Source of the DNA: Podarcis liolepis
Lineage: Eukaryota
Length of the DNA: 64,000 nt
Assembly (NCBI GenBank): GCA_965112155.1
Contig: OZ218099.1
Direction: 5' to 3' (one strand)
Positions within the stretch are counted from its first letter, which is position 1, and each line of letters begins with the position of its first letter. Below, one piece after another: positions 27,601 through 40,830 of the stretch. Made by a program: the position numbers and the translations under genes. Below the pieces are notes generated by a model, which saw nothing but the letters and a program-made list of their open reading frames with translations, was not told where the DNA came from and did not search any database.

Positions 27601-30600
27601 GCTATATCAAAATAATATCAATAGTCATTTGTACAAGAACCATTTTGACACATTTATACACGTGAGCAACTTGGACTTCTTAAATACTATTCTATTCTAC
27701 TCTATTGTAGCATTGCGAATATGTGTCAGTCTTATAATATTTGTGATACTCTAGGATTAGGAAATGAAGTTCACCAAGCTTCCAGAGAAACTTTGGGGAG
27801 GAGAGGGACAAGAAACTGCTATAGGATACACTCAAAAGCCTAGAAAATGTCTTGAAACTCCACTTCAATGTTTATTGTTGCATTTGTTTCAGTGAACTCA
27901 GGGACGGGTACCTTAACCTTACAGTAACCCGTCAGATATGTTATGCTAAGAGAGAGCTACTTGCTCTGCAATGAACTTCTAGACCAGTTGGGGTTCCCCA
28001 CATGTAAACCCAGCACTTTAGCCACTACGCCATTCTGAACCAAAGCCTGCAGGGATAGGTGTGTTGTGAGAATTATAGTTCAAATATTGTGCTGTATTGC
28101 GATACTGCTGAATTTCATGCATTTCTGTTGTGTTGTTTTAACTGGTTTTCATGTTCATTTTACTTTTAGAAATTTTTAAAGGCAAGTGAATATATACGGT
28201 ATAAGAGTTTACAGATCAAAAGGTCTGTTAAAGGCCATAACATATCTTTGTATATTTGCTCACATTTTGTCTAAAGGAAATGCCACATTGTACACAAAAC
28301 CCCTGACCGACTCTAGTCATCTAAATGGTTCCATCTCACTCAGACATGTAAGTTATTCGTGAACATTACATTCTGGAGACCAACTATATAATTATTAATT
28401 GAAGGGCCTATTTCGTACCATTTTCCCTTGGATATCCTAGTGGGCCTTAATTGTGCTACACTTCTATACATATGTACTATAAATAACCACCAAACTTTCA
28501 CCTCGCTTGAAAGAAATTAGTTGGAAGATTTCTGAAATGCCGTTTTGGGACATTCAGACGCCTTGGCCCTGTAAGGATTGTAATGTTCTCAATTTTAGCA
28601 TGTCAAGGGTAAGAAGCAATTTGGATGGCTATTGCGGGGTTCCTCAAGAGCATGTTCACTTTGTGTTACACTGCTTGATTTTTTAAAAAGCTTCAGTCAT
28701 GGTGGTGTAGAAGAAAGAATAGGTTGATTTTTTTTAAAATAAATGCCATTTACTTTGCCTGTTTGATGGACTGCTAACAGAAAGCACTGAAGGGGTGCAC
28801 TGTCAGACTTAGTAGTTGTCAGACTTAGTAGTTGTTGAGGTTAGGGCAAGATGTACATAGCCAGTAAGAGCAGAGTCTTAAAGCTGCTCAGAACAACAAA
28901 CAAACATATCCCAAAAGTCTTTCCCAGGTCCTGAAAGTATCAACTGATCTGAAGTTTTCTGCAATTGCAGATCACCTCCTTTCAGCTCCTTCACTGGTCA
29001 GGACCAGGTGGTGGTATTCAGGACTAGGTGATTGCTGCCTTGCTTTCTCACAAGTCCTGACAACTATCTGCTCTCTTATATCTCTTATCTAGTGAACTTC
29101 ATAAGCAGTAAACATGTTTACAATGAAACAGGGTCTCAAGTAAATGGATGGAATTTGCTTAGGAAAACCTAATCATATTGCTATCACCTGAAAAGTTTCC
29201 TGAAAATTATTGAGCAATTATATTTACATGCCACCCATCACCCAGAGGTCACAGGGTTACAACCACAGGCAACATGAACAAACTTAGTTAACAGGACTTT
29301 CTACCTCTAGCTGGTAGTTTTGGGGAGACTGTATCCAGTACACTTCCAACCACTACAGTCCATACATGCCAAGAAGCAAATTACTTGATAATGCTTTAAT
29401 GTAAATAGCATTTTTATATTGCATCTCTGATTCCCAGAGTGGTGAGATATAATTAAATGCTAACTACAGTGGCCCTCTATTTTTCCCTCCCTAATTGTCC
29501 ACAGTGCGTTGGAAAGAGGACTACAGGACCAGTGTCATTTGTGCGCAATCTGGAGGGCAAGGTTCATGCTTCTTTGACATAGGGGGGAAGTAACTGGCTT
29601 TGTTCATTTCCTGCCCTTCCAGTTTTGCAATAAAACGTCAAGCCAGTAGTGTTGAATATGGGGCGTTTTTCTTAAGAAGCACCTAGTTCACTTTGGCACT
29701 AAATGATTGTTAAATAGAAGCAGGAGTAGGCATGAAGAAGTGCAACCGTCCCTCACATGAGTGCTGTTTCATCACAAGGGTGGCTCTTTTTGGAGTGCTT
29801 GTGTAATTTTTATCTAGAATTAATTAACACATGAATACTAAACCAAAACCAACTGAAGCTGGTGTATGTGTTCTTCTTGGTTCATTGATCTTACAATCAC
29901 TTTGTAATATTTTCAGTGACTTTAACTCTGCAGCATTACCTTATTTTGGTTTTTATTATTTTATTTATTTTGTTACTTTTATATTTTTTTGTGTTTCATG
30001 CTTCTTGTTTTTAACACTTTTGTAAGTCACATTAGGCTGTGTTTTAAGTGGAAGGGAGGAGTGTCAGTTATCTGAAACAACCAAATAAAATATCCACCTA
30101 TATAGGATTTAGTGGACTATTATTGTGGTAAATGGTGGCTAGAAGGCACCTTGTATGTCTCTTTCCTGCAACTGCTGCAGCCACCTGGTGCCAAATGTAC
30201 TGCTTTCCTTTCCTTTGGACCACATCAGTGAGGCCAAGAGAGGGGTGGTCTTGCCATCTGGGCAGCCCAGGACCTCCATACACTCTGCCCAGGCTTGTGC
30301 CCTGGGGAGGTCACTTCAGTGCTGCTAATGCAGTAGTTTGACTTCGCCCCCAGAGACACATTCCATTGTTTCTTCAGACAGACTGATGCAAACAAATAGT
30401 GTGAAATTAGAATAAAGATGGAGGTGAGCATGACTTGACCTGGCTAAGGGCATCTCCAGAAAAGGTGTTTTTCCTGAATCCCCAACAATAAACTCAATTC
30501 TGGAGAAACTTTCTTTTTCAATGCTCAGATTTCTGAATCCATTTTTTAAATGGAAATGTGATTCCCCCCCCCCCGCCCTTAGAAAGCAAATCCTTTCAAG

Positions 30601-31080
30601 TTAATAGGGTTATTTGGATCGTAACTGTATAATGATCAGGGCCAGCCCAAAACATTTGGCACCTGAGATGATCCACAAAATGGTGCCCGCTACCCACCAG
30701 GGAGGGGTAAATGAAGATCAATATCAGGAACAAGGGGGGAACAAAGATCTACATTGGGATCTGCTGCTCCTGTCAGTCTTGCCGCATGAGGCAGTTACCT
30801 CACCTTATCTCATGGGTGGACTGTTCCCGATAATGGTTGCAATATAAACTACTGCAATCATTCCCTCTTAATAGCAAATTCAGATGGTTGGATGCCATCA
30901 GTTTAGAAGTGAAACTGGACCGTCCCAAAATGGAAGTAGTTTCCACAGAGGCAGGTGATTTCTTAGGTACTCAGAAGTATATTAGTCCGTTAATTAAAAA
31001 AAGAAGGCATTTTTAGCAATGGTTTGACATGAACCTGTGGGGTTCCAGCTCTTAAAGAATAAATATAACAATTAAACCTA

Positions 31081-31288
31081 TAGATATAAGAAAGTCTACT
31101 CCAGCGGGAAGGTAAGCAGCATTTCCGTGCGCTGCTCTGGTTCGCCATAAGCAGCTTAGTCATGCTGGCCACATGACTCGGAAGCTGTACGCTGGTTCCC
31201 TCGGCCAATAGAGTGAGATGAGCACCACAACCCCAGAGTCGTCTGTGACTGGACCTAACGGTCAGGGGTACCTTTACCTTTACCTTTA
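31081..31288 (+). mobile_element. Sauria SINE, 3' half
   Basis: Matches 1-278 and 59813-60154; (ACCTTT)n tail. Confidence 0.82.
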
Positions 31289-32130
31289 TAGCAACTCACA
31301 CTCCAGTCTGGAAATAGAACTTCCAGGTTCCCACTGATTGCCAAAAGCCTGAGCTCCTGTCTTTGTTGCTGTTTGGCTGTGTGCATGTGTGTGCGCTGCT
31401 ATATAGTCTTGGATTTCTCCACTGTTTTCTATTGGTGGCTAGTATTCAGTCTATCGTTGGTTGCTATCATCTGTGAAGAAAGCGCTAATAGCCAGATATG
31501 AAGATTAAGGGTTTAGAGTGGGGCATGCTTAAGCATGATAGTAGCAGCAGCAGCACTCTCATGGTGTTGTTCTGAACAAACAATCCCATGTCTTGGGCAT
31601 CATAACACTGTCCTCAGCAGTTGCAGGTTAGCTGCCACAAACAGATGATTAAGACTGCTTCGTTTAAAGCCAAAGGAGATACGTGATGACTGGGAGAGAC
31701 AGAGAAAAGTTCCTCTTTTAAGCAGGAAAACAAACAAGATTTTGTGTCATTCTCCTGAATACCTGTCCCACTGTTTGTTTGAGGATGATACGTTTCTTAA
31801 ATATTTGTTTTGCCCTTAATGATTGGACAGATGATTCGCCAACGTGATGCATGAGTCGCACTACTTCTATCAGCAGCACAAGTTGCATTTTTCTAGCTTA
31901 ATGATTGGACGGCAAGCATTCTTAAGAAGGCATACAAAATTAAAAAGTAAACTGAGTACATTCCAGTATAGTGGCCTCCACTGCTGCAGGCAAACTGAGG
32001 AAATTAGTATTGAGAGTTACGATACGTATATGAAATATACAAAATATTTACAGATGCAAAATAGGTGGCGAGAGGTAAGAAGGAAGGTACAGCATGCATG
32101 ATGCAGGGTCCCTGTTCAAGCATTTTAATG

Positions 32131-32244
32131 CAGTGTTCTTCAGCCTTGGGTTCCCAAATGTTGTTGGACTACAACTCCTATCATTCCCAGGCAGGTGATG
32201 ACAGTTGTAGTCCAACACCTGAGAACCCAAGATTGAAGAGCGCT
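32131..32244. mobile_element. Short palindromic non-autonomous DNA element (hAT-like)
   Basis: tgttggactacaact / agttgtagtccaaca inverted core; same family as 36211-36349. Confidence 0.65.
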
Positions 32245-35200
32245 TTTGTAATGAATACACATAGGTTAAGGTGTTCCTGCCACCATCATCCCTTTTGCTC
32301 AAATGGGCACCTGAGAAGGACTGTTGTCTGTTAATTAGGCTGCAGTCCTAACCATACTTACCTGGGAGTAAACACTCCTAAACATAGTGAACCTGTTTTC
32401 TGAGTAAATGTGAGTAAAAGTGTAATATTCAGGTGTGTGTGTGTGTTATTTTAAATGTATTAAAACATTTAAAGATAAGCAAAACACTGCTAGTCTTTAG
32501 CTCACTTGAGGCTGCTAAACTGCAGTTTATAAACAAAGGTTTTTAACATATGGGACATCTGTGTTGCAGAGTGAGCATGCTTTATTTGAGAAACTATTAA
32601 AATAAGATTTAGTAGCCCTCTTCTTCCATAGGCACAAACATTAGGAGACAGTTCCTCATGTGCTTCAGCCAATGTTCAATCAATATTTTGGCGGTCTGTG
32701 TGTCTGCTCAAATAGTGCCTGTGGTTGATATAAGTAGGTCATACTGTAACTTCATAATCATGTGGAGCCTTTAGAAGAGTCTGTCTGTATCTGTCTGCCC
32801 TTTTTTATATCTCAGCTATCTCTGTCTTGTGAGTCTTAACCTCTCCACTCTCTGTATACGTGATTATGTGGTCTGTGCTTTTCTGTCTTGTCCTGTCTTG
32901 CCTGTATTGATTTGCCTATCTGACCACAATATCTTAACTCCCATTCTTCTGTTCTCTTAAGATTAGCAATAAGTAATGATGCGTACAGTGATAGTGAGCA
33001 CTCATAAGAGCACATTAAGAGCATGACTGGATCAGACAGCGGAAGGCATCCTGTCCAAAAGCATGCCTAGCAACCTCTTTCCCACAGTGGCCAACCAGAT
33101 GCCCGTTTATTTTATTTTAGTCAGTCTATATCCTGCCCTATACTCAGATAGCTGTGGATGGGGAACGATAATATTCAACTAAACGCTGAAATCTCAATTT
33201 AAATTAGCACAACACACCAAAAAATACAATAAACCGCATGCCCCCAATATTCAGACAGTGGCACAAGTGCCCAAAGGCCTAAATAAGCAGCTTGGTTTAT
33301 AGTTTCCAGCTGTGTGGAGAAAGCATTCCAGAGCCTATGGGAAGCCCACAAGCAGGCAGTGAGCACAAGAGTCCTCCCCTGTGACTGGTGCTCCTTGGAA
33401 TGTTGCCTCTGACCCTTGAGGTAGACTAGTAGCCATTTGGTAGCCTTATTCTCTATGAATTTAATTGTGTGCACAGCATCAGACTGTACCATAAAGATGC
33501 GCTGTCAACATTTCACAGTTATTTCCTTAACAATGTTCCATTCACTTGGCAGTGCATGCAAATTACTTTATGCAAACAATTTCTTTCCATTCCTGTTACT
33601 ATTTTGTTTGTGGTGTCCCCTTTCTTTCTTTTTTAAAAGCACCAAAGTACAGCTACAAATACTGTTTCCTTTTCTGAACAATCCAGCACCATATTATGTC
33701 CCCACATGACCAATGAGAAATAGTTTAGCTAGGGTGGAGATCTCATGTACATTGCAACAATCTCTCAAGTGGATCATCCATCTCTTTTTCAGGAGAGAAG
33801 TTGTGATTTATTACATTTTTATCCTTCCATTCCTCCAAGGAGCACAAGGCCTAGTTCTCTCCCTTGGGTCTGGTCTGGAAGCTCCATCTGTTGCAGGATG
33901 CAGTGACTAAATTGCTGATGGAGCCAGATAGCTCACAGTATGTGACAACTCTGCTAGAACACTTGTGCTGACTACTCATATGCTACCAGACCAAGTTCAA
34001 GCTTATCGTGTTAATATACAAAGCCCTGAACAATTTGGGCCCAGGACACTTTAAATCCCAGCTCAGTCAGTGATCCTCCTGAGAAGCACTGTTAGTGGTT
34101 CCCCATGTTTCAGAATACCAGCTACCTTGAAATAGAAGTTGAGTCTCTCCCATCTCATGCTGTGGAATACCTCTTCTAACAAAGACATGGCAGGCACCTG
34201 TTTCTGCAAAAGGCAAGAAATCTGCCTCCATCGGATTCCAAGAGGGAATCCGACAACTCGTGGCTCTCTCACTCTACCTCTGGCTCAAGGGTACAACAAT
34301 TCAACAGTTCAATCACAACAATATGGTTAAAAATGCAACTGTGGTTTAGCATTGCATGCACAGCCTTGGGTTTGTGTTTGCCGTCTCCACTTTCCTCCAG
34401 CACAGCTTCAAGGAGAAACTAAACGTTGCTTTAACATCTAATTAATCATAGCTTAGCATTCTGTCTGAGTCATAAACTGTGGTTAATCTTTATGATGGTT
34501 TATTGGAAGAAGCCAGCTACATAACAAGGGCTTAAAGTTGGTTCATTTGAGAATCCTATAGTTATTTAAAATGAAATATCTAACACCCCCCCCCATATTT
34601 CTAAATGTGAAACTCTGGTTAGTTAAAAATGAAAGTTCAGCTCCTTGTGGCCATATTGGATAAGGACTGGGGATCATGTGAGTCAAAACTGTTAGTTGCT
34701 GTTTCTCAAAGATAATTTGCCAAGTATTCATCTCAGAGCCATGGGAAGTGCCCATTCAGCAATTCATCCCCAGTTATTTATTAACTTCAATAGATTTACA
34801 TATATTTGTTCTCTTCTGTCTGTGTTTCTCCTTCCTTCCTTTTTGTCTTTCTCTTCTTCAGAAAGATAGTTGTTGTGTTTCTGCTGCTACCAACCTTACA
34901 GCAGATCATGACACAATTATGTGTTGCATCCCACCAGTTGAAAATCAGTGTTTTACGGAAGCCTTACATAATTTTAGTACATTCTCATAATTCAGCTATA
35001 ACGAATACTTTACTTATTTATAGCAGGCATGCAATATTTGTCACAGAAATGTAAGCTGTAGTGATAAAGCAGAGCTTTTCATGTATTTCCCCCCTTTCCA
35101 ATCAGCATCAAATTATCAAACTGTTCTTGCTTCCTCTTTGTGTTTAAGTTGAATTATTTTCAAAGGTCTTTGCTTTTATTTTAATATATTATGCTCATAA

Positions 35201-35305
35201 TTTTTTCAAGCTACAGGCATTTTTTCTCCTTTATAGTCAACATACATTATTTTTTAAAGGTCTTTGCTTTGATTTTAATATATAATGTTCTTAATTTTTT
35301 TAAAG

Positions 35306-35350
35306 CCAAAGCCAACTGAAACTGTCACTGTCACAACTGATGAGTCTGGG
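35306..35350 (+). CDS. CACNA1D: Cassette exon 32 (45 nt), IVS3-S4 linker: PKPTETVTVTTDESG
   Basis: tttttaaag acceptor, ggg|gtaaga donor, phase 0/0; expected position and length of the Cav1.3 IVS3-S4 insert. Confidence 0.88.
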
Positions 35351-35781
35351 GTAAGATTAGTAAACTGACCCCAGTGATTGATTGTACCTCTACTTGAGTT
35401 TATTCTTTTTACCATGTCTCTTTTCTCCACTGGTTTTTTCTGTATTTTTTTCATGATTGTCCTACTAGAAAGGTGTATGCAGTGATTTGGTTTTGTTGTC
35501 AATGTACCTATCAAACTTTACTACAGACAAACCCAACGTGACCCTATTAACAAACTGGAAAACTTGGAAATGCATGCATTGTGTGAAGCATTTCTACAGG
35601 TCCTGTGTGCTAGCATGTAATTTTTCCTGTCATACCATGTTTATAAAGTGGGAAAAGACCCCCGAGACACATTTTCAAATCTTACCTCTTTCACCTCTGC
35701 ATTTATTGTTGTTTTTCTTTTCCTGAAATGTTGCATGTTTTGCATTTTGCTTGATCTGATGTTTCCGTCCTACCCTTTTAG

Positions 35782-35910
35782 AACAATGAAGAGAGTGCTA
35801 GGATCTCCATCACCTTTTTTCGCCTTTTTCGAGTGATGCGATTGGTAAAGCTCCTCAGCAGGGGTGAAGGGATAAGAACTTTGTTGTGGACATTTATTAA
35901 GTCTTTTCAG
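35782..35910 (+). CDS. CACNA1D: Exon 33 (129 nt): [43 protein letters not shown] (IVS4)
   Basis: cttttag acceptor, cag|gtaagt donor. Confidence 0.97.
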
Positions 35911-36210
35911 GTAAGTTTAATGGTTAAACTCCTAGCTTCTAGGGGTCAAAATACAATCATTCTGAATAGCAGTGACCCTACAGTTATGGCCAATTAGTTA
36001 TGTGAAACAACCACATGGACAGGTGCACATCAAAAGGCAACAGTTGGGTGGAGATATATATTTTCTGTTGAGGACACATACACATAGAGAACACAACCAG
36101 ATCCATTGCACATGATAGTGATCTATGTATCACTTAAACTGTGCACATTTCTTGAGAGTACTCAATCATTTTCACAACAATTTAGCGTGGCATTCCAACT
36201 GAGCCTTAAG

Positions 36211-36349
36211 CAAGAGTAGGGAACCTGCACCCTGCTGTTGTTGTTGGACTCCAACTCCCAGTTGTCCCAGCCAGCATGGCCAACAGTCAGGGATGATGGG
36301 AGTTTTAGTCCAGCAACATCTGAAGGAGCCACAGGTTCTCTACTCCTTG
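36211..36349. mobile_element. Short palindromic non-autonomous DNA element (hAT-like)
   Basis: Ends gagtagggaacctg / caggttctctactc; internal gttgttggactccaactccca / tgggagttttagtccagcaac. Confidence 0.65.
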
Positions 36350-37791
36350 CGTACAGGGGTTAGTGACCTGGCTTAACAAGTCTCCTTTCCCCGGCTAATG
36401 ATATGGCTCTCATTCCAGCAGTGCCAATTCTTCATTCCAATTGTCTGCCTTCATGTTGTTGTTTTTGAATTGTTCTTAAGCAGGTCGAAAATAAGAACTT
36501 TCAGAAACAATTAGATTTTAATCATTTTAAAAATGTGCTTGAAACATTTTGACTTTTACCATAATAGCTGCAGAAGTATTTATTAGCCATAAAGCCTAAA
36601 TTTTTGTCCGTTTAATCCAATGTAAATTTCAGTGAGTTCAAACGGGCTTACTCTGGAGTAAGTGTTCAAAGGATTGGCATTTTAGCATAATATATCATTG
36701 TAAGTATAGGCTATTTATGCATAAAATTATATCTCTCAGTCTGGCTCCACATTTAGTTTTTCTTTTTTAAAATTAAGCCCATGTCCAAATTTGGCTCTTA
36801 CTGGCTCACTGAGAATTCTTGATGTGCAAGGAAACTTTAATCTGATATAACATGTTGCTGCTTCAGCTTTCTAACCCCACTTGATGTTGGGTAATTGTAA
36901 AAGTGGAAACATGAAGTATGATTGCAATCTGCCATTCACGATATGATTATGGTGTGGTACCCAAAAGGATACACAGTTGATATAATCACTAATAGTTTTC
37001 ACACAATAGCATCAGAGCTAGAGGTTTGTAACGTTTTTAGGAACTAGAAATGGTCGAAACTTTCCCATTTGTTCTACTCAAGAAACTAGGTCATGCATTC
37101 TCATGCTTTGAAATTCAAAATGCTGATGGTAGTTTTTAAAACAGCTGGTCATTTTAAAAAGAAATTCAGTGTACAAGGGAGTGTTGTCATTGTCATCATA
37201 ACATTCCAGGGTGAATTACAACCATTTAATAAGGCGATGTTAAAAACAGATTAATGTAATACTAGAATATTTGACTGCGGATCAAGTAGTACTAAAGATC
37301 ATGTATTTATTTTCAGGGGCTTCTTACCACTGGTCTCTGTGGTTCATTAGATCAATCTACTTGTCTGCCAATAGATGAGATACGTAGTTTAAGCCTACCT
37401 GAAGACAGCTTGCCAGCCCTTTAAGGTGGGGCACTCATTTCTCAGAGGTTGAGCACATGCCCTTTGTGGATAAGGTTCCATGTCCAATTCCCAGCATCTG
37501 TGCCATTACAGAAACAGCACTGGCAGAGACCTTTACCTGAGACCCTTGAGAGTCACCAACAAACAGCAGATAGTGCTAGACATGTGGTGTGATTTAGTAT
37601 AAGGGAGCTTTTCGTGTTCATAGCATTTTAAATATCCATACAGGTTTCAGTTCCCAAGCAGAATAGGCCAAACATTTTCAGGGAGCCTGCAGAGAGGGAT
37701 AAATGATTTGAAAACTGCAATCAAATTGCATTGGTAAAATGATGCAAAATAGTTTCAAAGGATATACTGGTTTGTTTGTTTTTCATTTTAG

Positions 37792-37857
37792 GCTCTGCCA
37801 TATGTTGCTCTTTTGATAGCAATGTTGTTTTTCATCTATGCGGTTATCGGAATGCAG
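37792..37857 (+). CDS. CACNA1D: Exon 34 (66 nt): ALPYVALLIAMLFFIYAVIGMQ (IVS5)
   Basis: ttttag acceptor, cag|gtaatt donor. Confidence 0.96.
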
Positions 37858-38822
37858 GTAATTAAAAACCATATTTCGTCTGAAATAAAGAGGCTGTCAT
37901 TGATCAGTTTATAATGTATAGCAACTGCCTACCTCAACATTCCATTCATAGCTTAACTGTGTATGTGTATTCTCTAAAGCAAAGGAGAGGAGCCTTGACC
38001 CATGGGCCTAATTTTGCCTGACATGGGCCCCAATTTGGTATGTGAGGCCATTTTCACTACCCCATCAGCACCTGCCTCATGTGGTGTGGGGCAGATAGAA
38101 ATGACTGGCTCAACTGTGACCGGGTTTCCTTTGGGGAACTTGAACTGGTCCCTGCAGAAAGCATGGTAGAATTCACCACCAGTCAGATGTTGGGTGGTAG
38201 GCTGAATCCTGCTGGATCAGCGGAACTCAGTTGCGAAGTCTGTTGCTGCAGAAAGCAGTTTTTGCACTGTGGTTCCCAAGGTGCTCACCAACCAGCTGTT
38301 TGTCAGGCACTGTGGAAAGTGCTGTGGAAGGGCCTTTGACAGGCATAATAATGACTTCTAGGTGTTGACAGGTGGGTTGTCCTACCTACCTGCCATAGTG
38401 CTAGGGTCAGAGAGTGATCTAGCTTGTTTGGTTCCCCAAACCCCAGAGTAGATTTTCAGGGGAGGCACATGCAGGGAAGGAGCAGAGAGGAAAGTCCTGC
38501 CTTTAAACATGAACTCTCTAATATTTATGGAAGGAAAGTTCAGATCCAAGTCATAGTAGTTTTTTGCAATTTACTGCTATGGCCATGAACACTAACTTAA
38601 AAGGGGCGTAGACAAATCCACATGGAGGATAGTTCTGCCAATAGTTCTCAGCCATGTTGGCTAAGTCTTACCTCTGTTTTCAGTATGCCACCCAATCCCA
38701 GTTGCTGAGATCAAACAATGTGGGGAGGGCTTTTACTTTCAGGATATTCTTATCACCAGACTTATTGGAGACTAAAACAAAATCATATTGGATGGACATT
38801 TGTCCTTTTCTTCTTCTTTTAG

Positions 38823-38915
<93 letters not shown>

Positions 38916-40000
38916 TAGATGTTATCTGTTGTTTTGTTACAATTGACATTTGAGTTATAAAACTGGTAGACAGCAGAGGTTCTAAAATTCTAGGTTTCAA
39001 CTAGGTATAATGTCTATTTCACAATAGTTTGAGGACATTTGAACATATTACACATAAGCATAAATTTCATGTGGAAAGCTATTTGGAGATCTAGAGGGCT
39101 TCATTAACTTAACATGTCTAAGATTCATATACTGATGCTCACTGTATCCACAATGTAAACTGATGGTGGCCTACCATTAGTATTGTTTGCATAGTTTTTT
39201 GTTATTATTCTTTCTCTTTCTTCTTTAATCTTATTTCATTTTTCAAAATTCCTTTTTAATATAGTTAATGCTCACTTTTCAGTGTGATAAATATGAAAAA
39301 GGCCAGTAAGTGAACCTTGATCCAAGATTAAGTGGATCTGTTTGGTCTTCTCTTCTGCTGGTGTCCCTTGAGAGCCACTCAGTGGTACAGAGCGAAGAAG
39401 AGAGGGGCAGTCTTGTCCACTGAGGTCCCAGGATGGCTCTATTTCACCCCCTCTCCAGGATACCTATTGGTTCTTCCTGATCTAACCTTGGCCCAAAAAG
39501 TTTCCAGATCTGGAATGGATCTTTGCCTTGACAATAACCAGACTCCAGCCTTGCCTTGGTGCTGCTTTCTCTTTGCCTGTCAGGCTGTCTGTTCTTCCCT
39601 ACCCTTCTTCCCTTCTACTGTGTTAATTCTGCTATCCTCCTGCCTGCACGTAATACAACACACCTAGACAGTGAAATGTAAAAAAACCACCCTGAGTATA
39701 TGAGCTTGCTTTAAATTATCCCAGTGTACTAGCAAGGAAACAGGATGTTGTAGGCACTCTTTTTAAAGCCTACATCCTTGCAATAAGAAGAACAGGAATG
39801 TTGGCACCTTTAAAATACTGTCACATAAAACACTATTACTATGACGGAAGTTCCAAAACATTCATTTATTTCTGGTTAAACATTAATCCATAGTTATGGA
39901 AGGGAGAATGTCAGAAGGTGCTGCTCTTTCAGTCACAATAGTACGATGACAGGCAACATGCACTTGCTGGAATTTTCCATTCCATGCATCCCTGTGTGTG

Positions 40001-40140
40001 AGAGGAACCCCACTCAGCGGTTTCATGTAGATGTTAAACAGCATGGAGGATAAACTCAGACCCCAAGGAACCCCACATTGAAGGCTCCACAGGGTCGAAT
40101 AGTACTCCCCAAGCATCACCCTCAGAATGACTGCTGTGGG
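40001..40140 (-). mobile_element. Decayed L2/CR1-clade LINE reverse-transcriptase fragment
   Basis: Minus-strand peptide CGVPWGLSLSSMLFNIYMKPL resembles the GVPQGSxLxPxLFNIYM RT motif. Confidence 0.75.
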
Positions 40141-40589
40141 GGTGGGCCTGCCACTGAAGGGGATGACAGTAAAGAGGGTCTCCTCTTTGACCTTTAATTG
40201 TCTGTGGCCTTTTAGAAGGGGTGGGATGTTTTTAATGTATTTTATTCCCCTCGCCCTGGTTTTAATGTAGCCATGTGGGTTTTTTGGTTGGTTGGTTTTA
40301 AGTGTCTTTGGGTTGTCTTGGGCAAGATAAAGTGATGTAACAAATTTAATAACAATGACAACAACAGCAGTGGTGGGCAACCTCCTTTCTGTCAAAGACC
40401 ACATTCTCTGTGGGGTAATTTATGGGCAGAACCAAAGCTATTATGGATGGAGTGAAAGACAAAAGAGCACTGAATTAACTGATTGGGAATAAAGACTATG
40501 CTTATTCCAATTTTCCCCATTTTAATTCCCAATCTTTTGCAGCTCTATTCAGATGCAAGCCTCATCTTACATGATGGGATGGCTTCACA

Positions 40590-40830
40590 TAATTGTAGGG
40601 TTGGAAGGGGGATCCCAAGAACTATCTAGTCCAGCCCCCCTTCAATGCAGGAATCACAGCAAAAGAAAGCCTGACAGATGGCCATCCAAACTCTGTTTAA
40701 AAACCTCCCTGTGAAGTAAAGTCCACTACCTACCAAGGAAGCTTGTTCGAGTAGCTCTTAGCTTTGGAAAATTTTCCCTAATGTTTTATCAGAATCTCTC
40801 TCTTGTAATTTAAAATCATTGGTTCCACTG
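40590..40830 (-). mobile_element. CR1 LINE 3' fragment
   Basis: gttggaaggg...tctagtccagcccc...tgacagatggccatcca is a typical reverse CR1 3' end. Confidence 0.65.

Noticed and set aside
28801-28835. Short tandem duplications (also 7814-7846, 10476-10517, 279-316) as an array
   Set aside because: Two-copy local slippage duplications with no spacer structure; CRISPR is not applicable to this vertebrate DNA.
39883-40404. 173-aa minus-strand ORF
   Set aside because: Only a short decayed LINE RT motif is recognisable; not a gene.
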